Of a DNA stretch of 64,000 nt, positions 12,458 through 24,324 are shown in pieces (the first letter of the stretch is position 1; every line of letters starts with the position of its first letter). Location: the NCBI RefSeq assembly GCF_004010195.1, contig NC_057754.1, forward strand, positions 8,584,214-8,648,213, written 5' to 3'. The DNA comes from Chiloscyllium plagiosum. Lineage: Eukaryota. The notes below the pieces were generated by a model. That model was not told the origin of the DNA, did no database searches, and was given only the letters and a program-made list of their open reading frames with translations. The position numbers and the translations under genes were made by a program.

Positions 12458-12950
12458 GAGTCATAGAGTCACACAGCATGGAAACAGACCCTTCAGTCCA
12501 CCTAGTCCAGGCTGACTCCCAAACTAAACTAATCCCATTTGTCTGTGTTTGACTCATATTCACCCAAACCTTACCTATTCATGCACTGATTGAAATGTGT
12601 TTGACATGTTGTAACTGCACCTGCACCCACTACTTCCTCTGGCAGTTCATTTCACATACAAACCACTCCCTGTGTAAAAATAAGTTGCCCCTCATCTCCT
12701 TTCCAAATCTTTCTCTGCTCACATTAAAAATATGCATCTGAGTTTTGAACTCTCCAACCCTAGAGAAAATACCTTTCTTTTCACCTTACCTCTGCCCCTC
12801 GTGATTTTATAAACCTCTGAGGTCACCCCTCAACCTCCTATGCTCCAGTAATAAATATCCCATCCCATCCACCTAATCAAAGCTTCCAATCCTTGCAACG
12901 TCCTCGCAAATGTTTTTCTGCGCACTCTCCAATTTAATAATATCTTTCCT
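12458..12950 (-). mobile_element. CR1-type LINE 3' fragment
   Basis: gagtcatagagtc tail and reverse complement of RGDL.EVYK-coding sequence. Confidence 0.8.
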
Positions 12951-13229
12951 TTAAATGTTGCTGAAAGTGTGAAGATTATGTTTCCATGTATTGATTTTGC
13001 AACATGCTGCTGGTACAGTTAACTATTCCTGCATTGAAGAATGATATCCAATCAGTCCTGAGTTTTGACCACGTGACTCCATGTGACTCAACAGCTTGTC
13101 TCAGGGCTTAGGTCTTTAAGCAGAAAATGTGCAGAATGTCCTGCATGCACCCTCGAGTCCAGGGTTTTAAGATTCTGAGGAAGTCTCAACCAGAGTAGAA
13201 AAAGGCAAATCATATATTGCGTTGACTTG

Positions 13230-14572
13230 CCAGAAGGTGTTCAGCAAGTTACATTACAGGGGGTTAAGTCTTCAGATAAGTGCTGATGGTTATGAGGTAG
13301 TATGGTGACATGGGTGGACAATTGGCAGATTGGCAGGTAACAGCAAGTGGGATGAGGGATTCCTTTTCAGATTGGTGAACAATGATGAGTTAGGTTCCAC
13401 AAGGGTCAGCTTTGGGACAGCATCCATTTCAAATCCGTCTGAATGACTCGGTAGATGGAAGCTAACCCACTGTTGCCAAATTTGGAGTTGGCTCAAAAAC
13501 AAGGTGGAAAGACAAATTCTGAGAGGTGTACCAAATGTGTGACATTTATATTTTGAGTAAGAGAGCAAAGGTTTGCCAAATGGAGTGTACTGTAGGAAAA
13601 TGTGAAGTTGTTCATTTTGCAAGGAAAAACAGTTGACCAGTGCATGATTTGAATAGAGAGAGGACCCTGCAAAACAAAGGGACTCAGTGTATAAGACTTT
13701 TATAAATGACTTGGATGAGGAAGTGGAAGGGTGGTTTAGTAAGGTTGGTGGAGTGGTGGTACATTGACAGGATGCAGAACTGGGCTGATAAGTGGCAGAT
13801 GGAGTTCAACCTGGAAAAGAGTGAACTGATTCATTTTAGTATGTTGAATTTGAATGCACATAACAAGTTTAAAGGCAGGATTCTTGGTAGTGTGGAGGAG
13901 CAGAGGGATCTTGGGGTCAATGTCCATAGATCCAACAAAGTTGCCGTCCAAGTTTGATAGGGTTGTTAAGAAGGCGTTGGTGTGTGGGCTTTCATTAGCA
14001 GGGGATTGAGTTTAAGAGCCATGATGTTATGCTACAGCTCTATAGACCCCTGGTTAGACCACACTTGGAATATTGTGTTCAGTTCTGGACGCCACATTGA
14101 GGAGAGGAAGTGAAAGCTTTAGAGAGGATGCAGTGGATGGAGGGCATTGATTTATGAAGAAAGATTGAAGGAATTAGAGATTTTCTCATTGGAGTGAAGA
14201 ATAATGAGAGGTGACTTGATAGAGGTGTACATGACGATGAGAGGCATAGATATAGTGGATAGCCAGAGACATTTTCAGGGCAGAAATGGCTAACACAAGA
14301 GTTATAATTTTAACGTGATTAGAGGAAGGTTTAGGAGAGATGTCAGAGGTAGGTTCTTCACACAGAGAGTGGTGGGTGCTTGGAATGAACTGCCAGCGGT
14401 GGTAGTAGAGTCAGATGCATTAGGGACATTTAACCAACTCTTGGATAGGCACATGGATGGCAGTAAAATGAAGGGTATGTGGGTTAGTTTGATCTTAGAG
14501 TAGGGTAAAAGGTCGTTACAACATCGAGGGCTGAAGGACCCTGTCCTGTGCTGTACTGTTCTATGTTCTATA
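13230..14572 (+). mobile_element. Two adjacent CR1-type LINE RT fragments (older ~13230-13690, younger ~13698-14572)
   Basis: VPQGS, WADKWQMEFN, EQRDLGVNVH, RFFTQRVVGAWNELP motifs and a gttctatgttcta tail. Confidence 0.85.
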
Positions 14573-15345
14573 TTGTAAGACCATAAGATACAATTGCAGA
14601 ATCAGGCTCTTCATCTCATTGAAGCTGCTACATCATTATATCCCTTTGCTGGTATTGCTTAAACGTGAAGAGATTGTCCTGTTTTCTGAAGTGGTTCACG
14701 AATTGGAATGATTCTTCAATTTTCACCTCAGCTAGCGTTCAATCAGTTAATCCTTTCCGAGTTAATGATAAAACTCCCACCCAGAATGGCAACTATTCTT
14801 TCCGAACACTGGTTTCCTGCCTTCTGCCCATGCACATACATCCCCTTAAGGGTCAAGAAACTATCTGTCGCTGTATCACATACTTTCATGACTTGGACTT
14901 CACAGCGTTCTGTGGCAATGAATTCTGCAGGTTCATTGGCCAATGGGGCACTTGTGCATGAAACACAGAAAGTTAGGATGCAAGTGCAGCTGATGATCAG
15001 TAAGGCTGGTATGATTTTGCGAGGTTGCCCAGCGTCAATGATATGGGACAAAAGTTCAGCACTGGGGTTGTGGAGGGTGTGGACAGCAGTGATGGTGGGA
15101 CAGGCTGGGGCGGTGTGGAGTGAGGGTGGTGGAAGCTGTTGTTGCTCTGTGATGTGAGATTAGTACGACCTGGTTGGCGGGGGGGGGGGGGGGAGATGAG
15201 CGTTTTCACATTAACTGTATTGAATGATTTGTGTTACTCACAAATCCCTGCAACCAAAACTGTTCATGTGCATTTGTTTATTCAGTGGAATGTAACTAAT
15301 ATCGCTGGTCTTATCCTAAAGACGTCCGTGGAGACTTCTCTTTCA

Positions 15346-15353
15346 TATATTAA
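15346..15353 (+). promoter_or_regulatory. Candidate TATA-like element of GPCR copy 1 (counterpart TATAAG at 36705-36710)
   Basis: TATATTAA about 85 bp upstream of the ATG, at an equivalent position in both paralogs; no expression evidence. Confidence 0.25.
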
Positions 15354-15431
15354 GTGGCTCTGCGTGCATTTTGTACGAACACACAGAGAAAAAATACTTA
15401 TCAGTGCAGCTATTGGATTTTCTCGCAAGAA

Positions 15432-15501
15432 ATGGGATACCCCACAATTTTTCAGATTGATCTAATTTACTATCCAGTTCTGGCTGCTATCAGTATTCCA
15501 G
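15432..15501 (+). CDS. GPR139/GPR142-like class A GPCR, copy 1, coding exon 1 (MGYPTIFQIDLIYYPVLAAISIP, phase-1 donor)
   Basis: ATG in aagaaATGG context. 70 coding nt end at CAG|GTGAG. Splices in frame (G+TT=Val) to exon 2 and supplies the first half of TM1. Nearly identical exon at 36797. Confidence 0.88.
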
Positions 15502-16485
15502 GTGAGATCATGGAACAGTGCTGTCCAAGTTGAAAAGTGATGTGTGCTAACAAATGTAATCCATTCTCCCTTTGCTGGTATGGCTTAAATGTAAAGAGAT
15601 TGTCCTATTTTCTGAGCGGTTCACGAATTGGAACGATTCTTCAATTTGCACTTCAGTTAACGTTCAATCAGTTAATGCTTTCAGAGTTATTGATAGAAAC
15701 TCCCACCCAGAATGGCACTGAGATCAGATCACAAATGAAATAACAACTTCTTCAACTTGCCAGCATTAACATTGCTGTCATGCCTTTGTCAAGGTGATTT
15801 CTACAATTGTTTCTTTGCAAAATGATTTCATGTGTTACATTGCAGAGTCCTGCCTTGTTTACTTGTCGTTACATCTGCTGTTTTTATGCATGTTATCCTA
15901 TAACCCGGATGCTTAACTGGGTTAATGTGATTGGAGAATTGGCAATTTTCTTCTGTTGATGCGCAATATACTCGTCATATTTTCTATTTTGCACTTTTCC
16001 CCTCCCCAGACGAACTAACATTTGGTCCACTCATTAAATTTTGCATTCAGAGTTTTGCCCAACCTTCTTTGATGCTTGGATAAAGATATAAACTTTTTTA
16101 CCCAAAGTATCCATCCAGAGATTCAGCAATGTGTGGTACTATTCTGGGTATGTCTGTTTAATTGTACCAAATGGGAATTTTAACTTTGGATAGCTGCCCA
16201 TTTTTTGCTGTCGTTGATCATTTTACATTGACACTTTCTGGAGAGTTAACGGTGTGATTTGGATTTTACTTGACACTGCAAATAAGATTGACAGTTTCAG
16301 CCTATAAATTTCAAGCTTGATGAATGTTATTCTGTATAAACCATCACTTAATGTAGAGATGCATACAATCTAACAGGTAATAGGCTTAGTTAGTGTTAGA
16401 CACCCAACAGGTGAGTGTGAAAAGGTATATGGACACTATTTGTTTTATACATGCATTTATTTTATTTTATAATAACTTTACGCCT

Positions 16486-16860
16486 GCCTTGATTAAAAAA
16501 AAATGAATTGAAATTACTGGCATATTTTAGTTTGCAATTCATTATGTATTTTTCCTTTCCTATGGAAATACTTCATCCAATTATTCATTGTATTTCATTC
16601 ATAATTCAAAATATGAGCATTCAGTACAATTTTGTTTATAAAGGTTCTTTGACATATTATCATAATAATTTACTGTAATAACGTTTCCTTTGCCTTAATC
16701 TCAAAAACAAAATTGAATTTAAATTTCAGACATATTTTAGTTTGCAATTGATTATGTATTTTTCTTTTCCTCTATGAAGAGTTATTTCAATTATTCATTG
16801 TATTTAATTCATCAATCAAAATATAGCATTCAGTACAATTTTCTATATAAAGGTGTTGTT
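16486..16860 (+). repeat. Intronic tandem duplication (~206-bp period) in GPCR copy 1
   Basis: gcctt...catattttagtttgcaatt...cattcagtacaatttt...ataaaggt at ~16486 and ~16692; single copy in the paralog intron. Confidence 0.8.
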
Positions 16861-16922
16861 TAAAAAAAAGTATATAACTTTGACGGGCTCGTGTTACATT
16901 CAAGGTCTTCTGTTTTTCACAG

Positions 16923-17821
16923 TTAACCTGATAGCAATTGCAATCCTTGTTCGAGGAAAGTGTGGTCTATCCAAGTGCATCACATGCTACCTGGTAGCCA
17001 TGGCAGTGGCAGATCTAACAGTGGTTATCATCAACGTGATATTCCATCGGATTAGTTACATGTATTGGCTAATTAGATTCCTTTCCTTGACTCCAGTATG
17101 TACTGTCAATCTTGTTGCATACATAGTAGCTGTAGATTGTTCGGTCTGGTTTACTGTTGCCTTCACATTTGATCGCTATGTAATGATTTGCTGTCAGAAG
17201 CTACAATCAAAATATTGCACACAGAAAACAGCTGGCGTGGTTATCGCTATTATATGTGTGATGAGCTGTTTCAGGAGTATCCCATTCTACTATTTTATCG
17301 AGCCGGCTTTTATCATTGACAGCGTACCATGGCATTGTTTTCCACGCATGGATGATTTGGCTTCCTCTTTTCACAAGGTACATGAGTGGATTGATACCAT
17401 TATTACCCCTTTATTGCCAATTGTGTTCATCCTGTTGTTCAATGCTTTGACCATCAGACACATTATTGTGGTTAACAGATCCCGCACAGGCCTTCTGAGT
17501 AACAGCAGCAACCAGAACGGTCCTGAAGGGAAGAATCGGAGAACATCCATGGTTTTGCTTTTCAGTATTTCTGCCAATTTCGTATTACTGTGGATGACGT
17601 ATGTTGTACATTCGGTAAACTGGCCAGTGATAAACTACTATTACACAGACAAATACCTCAGTAATCCGATGTACATCACCCAACAAGTTGGATTTATGCT
17701 GCAGCTTCTGGGTTCCTGCACAAACACGTGTATCTATGGAATTGCGCAGAAAAAGTTCAGAGAGGAGCTGAAGCATTTGGCAAAATGTTTGTTTACTCTG
17801 ACTGGCAAATTGTGTCAATAA
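16923..17821 (+). CDS. GPR139/GPR142-like class A GPCR, copy 1, coding exon 2 (322 aa spliced protein)
   Basis: Acceptor ttctgtttttcacAG at 16921-16922. Open frame with 7TM pattern: TM2 LVAMAVADL, TM3 Cys and FDRY, ECL2 WHC, TM5 PLLP, TM6 FVLLW, TM7 SCTNTCIY, helix 8 KKFREEL. Stop TAA ends 17821. Family assignment is from motif recognition. Confidence 0.92.
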
Positions 17822-18289
17822 CAAGGGCGTTACAGTTGACTTTGTAGTTCGTTTTGCATTTGTGCTGAAGTTATTGTGATGGATGGAGTGCATTCAAAGA
17901 TCTGATTTCCTTGAATGTCTCTTTGCAATGGTCAAATTGTAAAAGATATCTCGTCAGTCAATGAACCATAAAACATCTCTAACATTTATCTTGAAATAAC
18001 ACAATGCAGATTGAGCTTGTTCATTTTTTTTTATTTAAAGCTTCTCTCCCTCAGCTTAACATTTGTTGAATGCATGAATGCATTTTTTTGTCACATGTAT
18101 TTTACAGTGGAAGACTTCTATTGTTGAAATGATTGTGGAGCTATCTTGAATAGTTTAAGAATACCAGAAGGATGTATCTTAAAGAGGCTCCATAGTCCTC
18201 CTGCCACTGTCTCCTGCGACCAGCAGCGATCTGATATGCCAGGGGGAGTGTGTGCAATCATCTTTGCTACAGGCCTTGAAGAAATTGCC

Positions 18290-18830
18290 TTGAAGGGATT
18301 CCGTTTGGATGTTGCCACACACCTGGAACCCTTCGAAAATCTCCAGGGGATCCAGCTTCCTTCACTGCCAAATCCCAGCCACCCGACGCCTGGACGACGA
18401 ACACCTCAACTTCCGCCTTGGGACCCACACAGGATCAATGCCGACTTCACCAGTTTCCTCATCTCCCCTCCCCCCGACCTTGTCCCAGATCCAACCCTCC
18501 AACGTGGCACCACGTTCCTGAACTGTCCTACCTGTCCATCTTCCTTCCCACCTCTCGGCTCTACCCTCCACTCCGACCTATGACCACCATCCTCCCACCT
18601 TCATTTACCTATCACATTCCTAGCTAACTTCCCCCCAAGCCACATCCCCCCTCCCATGTATCTCTCAGCCCCTTGCCTCTCCCCACCCAACACCACTCAA
18701 CATTCCTGATGAAGAGCTTATGCTCGAAACATCAACTCTCCTGCTCCTCGGATGCTGCCTGACAGACTGTCCTTTTCCAGCACCACATTCCCGACTCTAA
18801 TCTCCAGCAGCTGCTGTCGTCACTTTCTCC
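18290..18830 (+). mobile_element. Penelope-like 3' fragment with hammerhead-like core (counterpart at 39440-39915)
   Basis: ATRRLDDEHLNFRLGT (GIY-YIG C-terminus), then CTGATGAAGAGCTTATGCTCGAAAC at 18706. Confidence 0.8.
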
Positions 18831-19951
18831 AATGATTCTGGATGACCAGGAAGCGGATGCAGTGGAAACTGGGTGAAACTGTGGAGTTTGTACAGTGACA
18901 TGGGGAGGCCAGCAGAGAGTGGCATTGTATCAGTTTAAACTTCAGAGGATCAGGGAGGGAGAGAGCGAGACGATTCAGCTCATCACGTTTTGATTCATTC
19001 ATTCAAAATGTGTCCCATTGCAGGCAGATCTGGTCACGCAATTCAGAAAAACAGAGACACACCAGACACGCACACAGCACACAGAGATAGACACAGAAAT
19101 ACACTCATTTCAATGGTATAGAGAGAGAGATGCACACAAAAGCACACATAGACAGACATACGAATGCGCATATACAGACAAAGTGACAACAGAAAGGCAC
19201 TTAGATACAGAAACATATTCATACAAGCATGCGAATACAAACGAAGCCATACAGATATTCACAAACGCATACTCTGACATACTGTTCCTCAGGATATAGT
19301 CAGGGAAGTAGTTGATATGTTTTAACAATCTCATGTTTATTTGTATAACAAACTCACGCTTATTTGTGCAACCAATCCATGTCATCATTTGATATCCATT
19401 TGTAAAATGCATTTTGTTCATTTGTAGAATTCTCAGATGAATAAAAGGCAGCTTGCTGACTTAACTTTGTTCATCTCAGTTCCACTCCCACCTTTTGGTG
19501 ATCTGTGTGAAAATCCTGTCTTTTCTTGTGCGATGTATGAGTGTTCTCTGGTTGCTGAGTTTGTGTCCCATTCACGTGTAGTGACAGAGCTCTCTCTGTA
19601 GGGATTTCGGGTGTGGACCAGTGTGTGAGGTGAAGAGTTGGGGAGGAGAGGGACAGCCACAGCCAGTCTGGACTAAACTATTGAGCTGCTGCTTTCCATC
19701 ACACGTCCGCTCTTATTCACTCCCCACCTCTAATCTCAAAAGGATATCTCTTGGTTGGGTCCATACTTGAGGGAGGTGTGCTCCAGGTAGAAAGAGCTGG
19801 GAACTAACTGAATGAGCTGGGATTTGAGCACAGAGCGGTCTTTGAGTGACAGATCTGAGGGTATTTTAAACAGGTCGTAGTCACTATAGATCCTTTTGTC
19901 ATATGAATGGAAGAGGTGTGTCAGAATGTTTCTCTGTCTCTCTGTGTGTAT

Positions 19952-20996
19952 ATAGAACATAGAACAATACAGCGCAGAACAGGTCCTTTGGCCCTCGATG
20001 TTGTGCCGACCTGTGAACGTCCCCCTACACTATCCCATCATCATCCATGTGCTTATCCAAGGATTGTTTAAACCTCCCTAATGTGGCTGAGTTGACTACA
20101 TTAGCAGGTAGGGCATTCTACACCCTTACCACTCTTTGAGTAAAGAACCTTCCTCTGGCATCTGTCTTAAATCTATCACCCCTCAATTTGTAGTTACGCC
20201 CTCTCATACAACCTGACGTCATCATCCTAGGAAAAAAGCTTTCACTGTCTACCCTATCTAATCCTCTGATAATCTTGTATGTCTCTATCAAATCCCCTCT
20301 TAGCCTTCTTCTTTCCAATGAGAACAGACCTAAGTCTCTGCAAGACATTCCCTCCAGACCAGGCAACATCCTGGTAAATCTCCTCTGTACCTTTCCAATG
20401 CTTCCACATCCTTCCGGAAATACGACGACCAGAACTGTACACAATATTCCAAGTGCGGCCACTAGCGTTTTGTATAGTTGCAACATGATATTGCGGCTCG
20501 GGCACTCAATCCCTCTACCAATGAAACCTAACACACTGTGTGTCTTCTTAACAGCACTATCCACCTGGGTGGCAACTTTCAGGGATCTATGTACATGGAC
20601 TCCAAGATCCCTCTGCATATCTACACTGCCAAGAATTGTTCCATTGACCCCGTACTCTGCCTTCCTGTCATTCTTCCTAAAGTGCATCAATTCACATTTA
20701 GCTGCATTGAACGTCATTTGCCACCTTTCAACCCAATTCTGCACTTTATCCAAGTCCCCTTGCAACCTGTAACATTTTTCCACACTGTCGACTACTTCAC
20801 CGACTTTAGTGTCATTGGCAAATTTACTAATCCATCCACCTATGCCTGCGTCTAAGTCATTTATAAAAATGGCAACCAGCAGTGGTCCCAAAACAGATCC
20901 TTGTGGCACACCACTAGTAACCCGACTCCAGGCTGAATATTTTCCATCAAACACCACTCACTGCAATACTTCAGAAAGCCAGTTTCTAATCCAAGC
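19952..20996 (-). mobile_element. CR1-type LINE RT fragment inserted only in duplication unit 1
   Basis: ORF 20118..20957: SGVPQGSVLGP...FINDLD...KFANDTK...RGDLIETYKI; atagaac tail; absent at the paralogous site near 41095. Confidence 0.92.
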
Positions 20997-21117
20997 ATGA
21001 GAGAGAGAGAAAGAATGTGTACTGTTGGAATCTCAATGCCTTTTGATCCTTTAACCTCCCCTTTACCCTGCAGCCAGACTGAAGCAGACTCCAGGAGTCA
21101 GCTCTGTCCCTCACAGG

Positions 21118-21738
21118 TGTTAACGACCAGGCCAGAGCCCCTCAAAAGATTTCACAAAGGTAGCCCAAACCATCACTTTGCTAGTTGTTTCAAGCAGGTG
21201 TAAGGTGGATATTCCAGGAGAGAATCAGCTGGTAAAACCATTTAATTTTAAACAAGGCAACTTACTTTCAGATTACTGAATGAAACACAAACAAAATAAA
21301 AAAGAATACTGAACAAATTAACCTCTCCAAAAACCACACAGATCATACCAGCTTAATGATGCTGTTCCATATACTTGCACCAATTCCCCTTGGCATAAGT
21401 AGTAAAATCAAACAGAGTCTTACAGGAGAGATGTCAGAGAGAGTGTCTCAGCCTGGACCTGCCTCTTTGGGTCCAATAAACTTTTCCCCTCACTACTACT
21501 AAAACCCAAACCAAGCCTGAGATAAGCTGAGCTGGGAGAACTGGCCACTCCCCCTTCATTGGACAAGTGTTTTTTTTAACTTGTAAGCCTTCTGTCTGAG
21601 ACAGTATCTGTTGTCCTTTATCAAGTTGGTCCGAAAACCCTCCAACCCCAGACATTTTAGAGTCTGTGTCATTTACAACTGCTCTGACAAACACAGCCAA
21701 GTACACCATAACCTTGTTAAAGGAGCAGCTTCATCGCA
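21118..21738 (-). mobile_element. Solo LTR, family B (counterpart at 41214-41826)
   Basis: TG...CA ends; similar to the reverse complement of 7500-8160. Confidence 0.8.
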
Positions 21739-21739
21739 A

Positions 21740-23065
21740 TCCAAACTGGAATGTACTGCAAGGAGGACCATCTGTTCACTAGCAAAATGGGTACCATGCA
21801 CTTAACATCTATCACAAAACCGCAATCTGTGAAACCTTGTGCAGTCTTTTCATCTGAGCACAACCAGTGATTTCCTCCTTGGTGACTCCTTCTTAAGTCA
21901 ATTTCTTTTTTCGGTAGGATTCATGATAATCATGTGAGTCAGAGGGACTTCTCGTGATATCAAGATACTTTCATGGTACTGCCCAATATAGTGAACCTGT
22001 TTTAGTGGGTGCATGTGATTGTCTCCATGTCTGGGCATGAATAACACTGTCCCTGTATTCCATCCCACTTGAATGACCTGGTCAGTACGCAGTACTCTGC
22101 TGACAAACGTTAAACTCCTTCTGTGTCCCAGGGCCATCTTTTCTCCAATCTATTCTCTTCATTGCTTATCACCCGATTGTGCTCTTGGTTCTGATACAAT
22201 TTCAGCAGGTTAGCATTGCTCATTGACAACAGCCAGCTGGCATAGATTGTACACATCTCCGCTATATGTCATTCCTTCGATATATGAGCCAGTCGGTCAA
22301 AAAGTGAATTGGCCATATCTTGTAGAGGCTTCAAAACTTTACTTGCATCTAACGTAACTTGCTCCCACCATTTCTAATCATCCCCTCCTTTTTGCCAATC
22401 GTTTCAAAAATTGTTTGACCCAGTTCTGGCCATGTACCCGTTGGGGCCTGAGTCAGACTAGCTTTCAGTGTCTAATTCATTCATTCTACCACACCTAACT
22501 TTGGAGTGGTATGGGAGATAAAATGTCAGTCTCTTCCCTAACAGGGCATATACTTGCTTCAGCACCTTCTCTGCGAAACGTATCCCTCGATCAGGGTCGA
22601 CCTGCAGGGGGGCTCCCTTCCCCCAGCCTCGGTATAATCTCTTCTGCCTGTATTCCTCATAAGTAATCTCTGTAGGGGGATGCTCTCACCAACTCTTTAA
22701 TCTGTTCTTCCTGTTGCATGTGGCCTGCAGACGAAGAGATGTATCCTGACTGAGCTCAGACCAATGCACAGTTATGAGTATTACCAAAGGCAAAGCTTAC
22801 TCCCTGCGTTGTGTAAACTCTCCGATCCCTAGCTAGTTTCAGTGCTTTTAATTCCACCACGTGGGTTGAGTACCTCTCAGAATTCTGCATGCCTGCCACC
22901 TGAATCCCCCTTGACATCTACAGCTACGCAAGCATGCAGGACATTCCCTTTAGTATTTCCTTATTTCCTTGATCCATCTACAAATAACTCCAACACTCCA
23001 TCTCTGTCTAACGGTTCCTCAGCAATCCTGCCATGCTCTCCATCATCAACTTCTCTCACTCATTC
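21740..23065 (-). mobile_element. Decayed class I (epsilon/gamma-like) ERV: RNase H, integrase and a post-pol region
   Basis: My minus-strand translation gives EEPLDRDGVLELFVDGSRK...VELKALKLA...FAFGNTH (RNase H) and EEIIPRLGKGAPLQVDPDRGIRFAEKVLKQVYALLG...YLPYH (integrase core). Confidence 0.75.
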
Positions 23066-23072
23066 ATGTTCG

Positions 23073-23270
23073 TCGAATCCTTACAGTGTTGAAACAAGCC
23101 CTTCGGCCCAACAAGTCCACACTGACCCTCCGAAGAGTAACCCACCCAGACCCCATTCCCTTACCCTACATTTACCCATGACTAATGCATCTAGCCGACG
23201 AATCCCTGGAATCGAACCGGGGTCCCTGACGCTGTGAGGCAGCAGTGCTAACCACTGAGCCACCAGGCCG
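23073..23270 (-). mobile_element. HE1-type SINE, internally deleted
   Basis: Minus strand carries ggtggctcagtggttagcactgctgcctcacagc (A box) and ggttcgattcc (B box). Confidence 0.85.
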
Positions 23271-24324
23271 CCCCAATTCTTCACTGGATTTATGAAACTA
23301 TCCTTCACATCTGTATGTTGACCTGAAGGGAGTAACACAAGTTGCCATTTATTTCCAAGGCTACCGAATTAAATAACTATTTCCTTTAATTATTTACATC
23401 TAACCTCCCCTTGTTCCTTCTAATGCCTCTCAATCGACTTCACAGTTACTTCACGGTCAGTGTCTCTAAGGAGTAGGTGTCATTGTGTTATGAAGCAAGA
23501 TTCTTTTTCAATTTACTTGCTACGTTAACAGTTTCGCGTATGCTATTTGTCAAGTAGGTGCATATGATTGAACCTCGTTCCTCAGTGCAATGTTTCTTCT
23601 CCTTTGTACCAGTTTAAATTTGACTTGTCTCTGACTTCTTGCACACTTATGCGGTACACCAATTCCATGACACACACTCTTGACTCTCGTATGATTTTAT
23701 CAAACACAATTTGAGATTTCACGTAACTCTCCACAAGTGGTCTCAATGTTTGTGGACAAGTCATTAAATTCAGTTCTCTTTTAAAAAGGGAAACATCGCA
23801 AAGGGAAAGCTATCAATGTAATGCTCCCATCCATGTTTCCCTTTCACTGGAATTGCATGTGAACGTCAATTGCTGTTGCAACCCATTTTTTTGTGTCTTC
23901 TGCCAACATTTTCCACCCTTTCCAACTTCGTAATTCAACTATTACCAACCTGTCTAATCCCCGGAGAGATTTGCAGTCCAAAGAAACGTATTCTTGCAAT
24001 ATCTTAAAGCAAAAAAAAAACATTGCCACTTGATTCAGGTTATTTATTCTTTCTGTGACATGACGACTTTTTAAAAAAAAAATTACTTGACAACGTGCTC
24101 GAGATATTTGATACATCTATACGTAAACTTGTCCAAATTCAATGTTTCATTTATTCCTCAAAAAACACTAACAAATTTTCCGTCCATAGCTTAAAACCAC
24201 TAAGTTCTGATTATGTTCATTGCATTGCAGAATCCCTTCAGATTTCAGATATTTTTCCCCTTTAAATTATTTAGAGCCATCGAGTCAGGTAACTGTTCTG
24301 TTAACCATTCCCCCTTAAATGTGT

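Noticed and set aside
16853..16922. N-terminus MLFKKKY...LLFFT of the ORF-track GPCR (also 38000-38069)
   Set aside because: It is intronic read-through ending in a polypyrimidine tract and AG. The upstream ATG exon with a canonical donor splices in frame and completes TM1 in both copies.
17585..17893. Antisense 102-aa ORF conserved in both copies (38732..39040)
   Set aside because: It is a shadow of near-identical sense-strand DNA, with no independent coding evidence.
23580..24130. Possible old transposase or integrase relic on the minus strand
   Set aside because: Only vague similarity with no diagnostic motif; it cannot be supported without a search.
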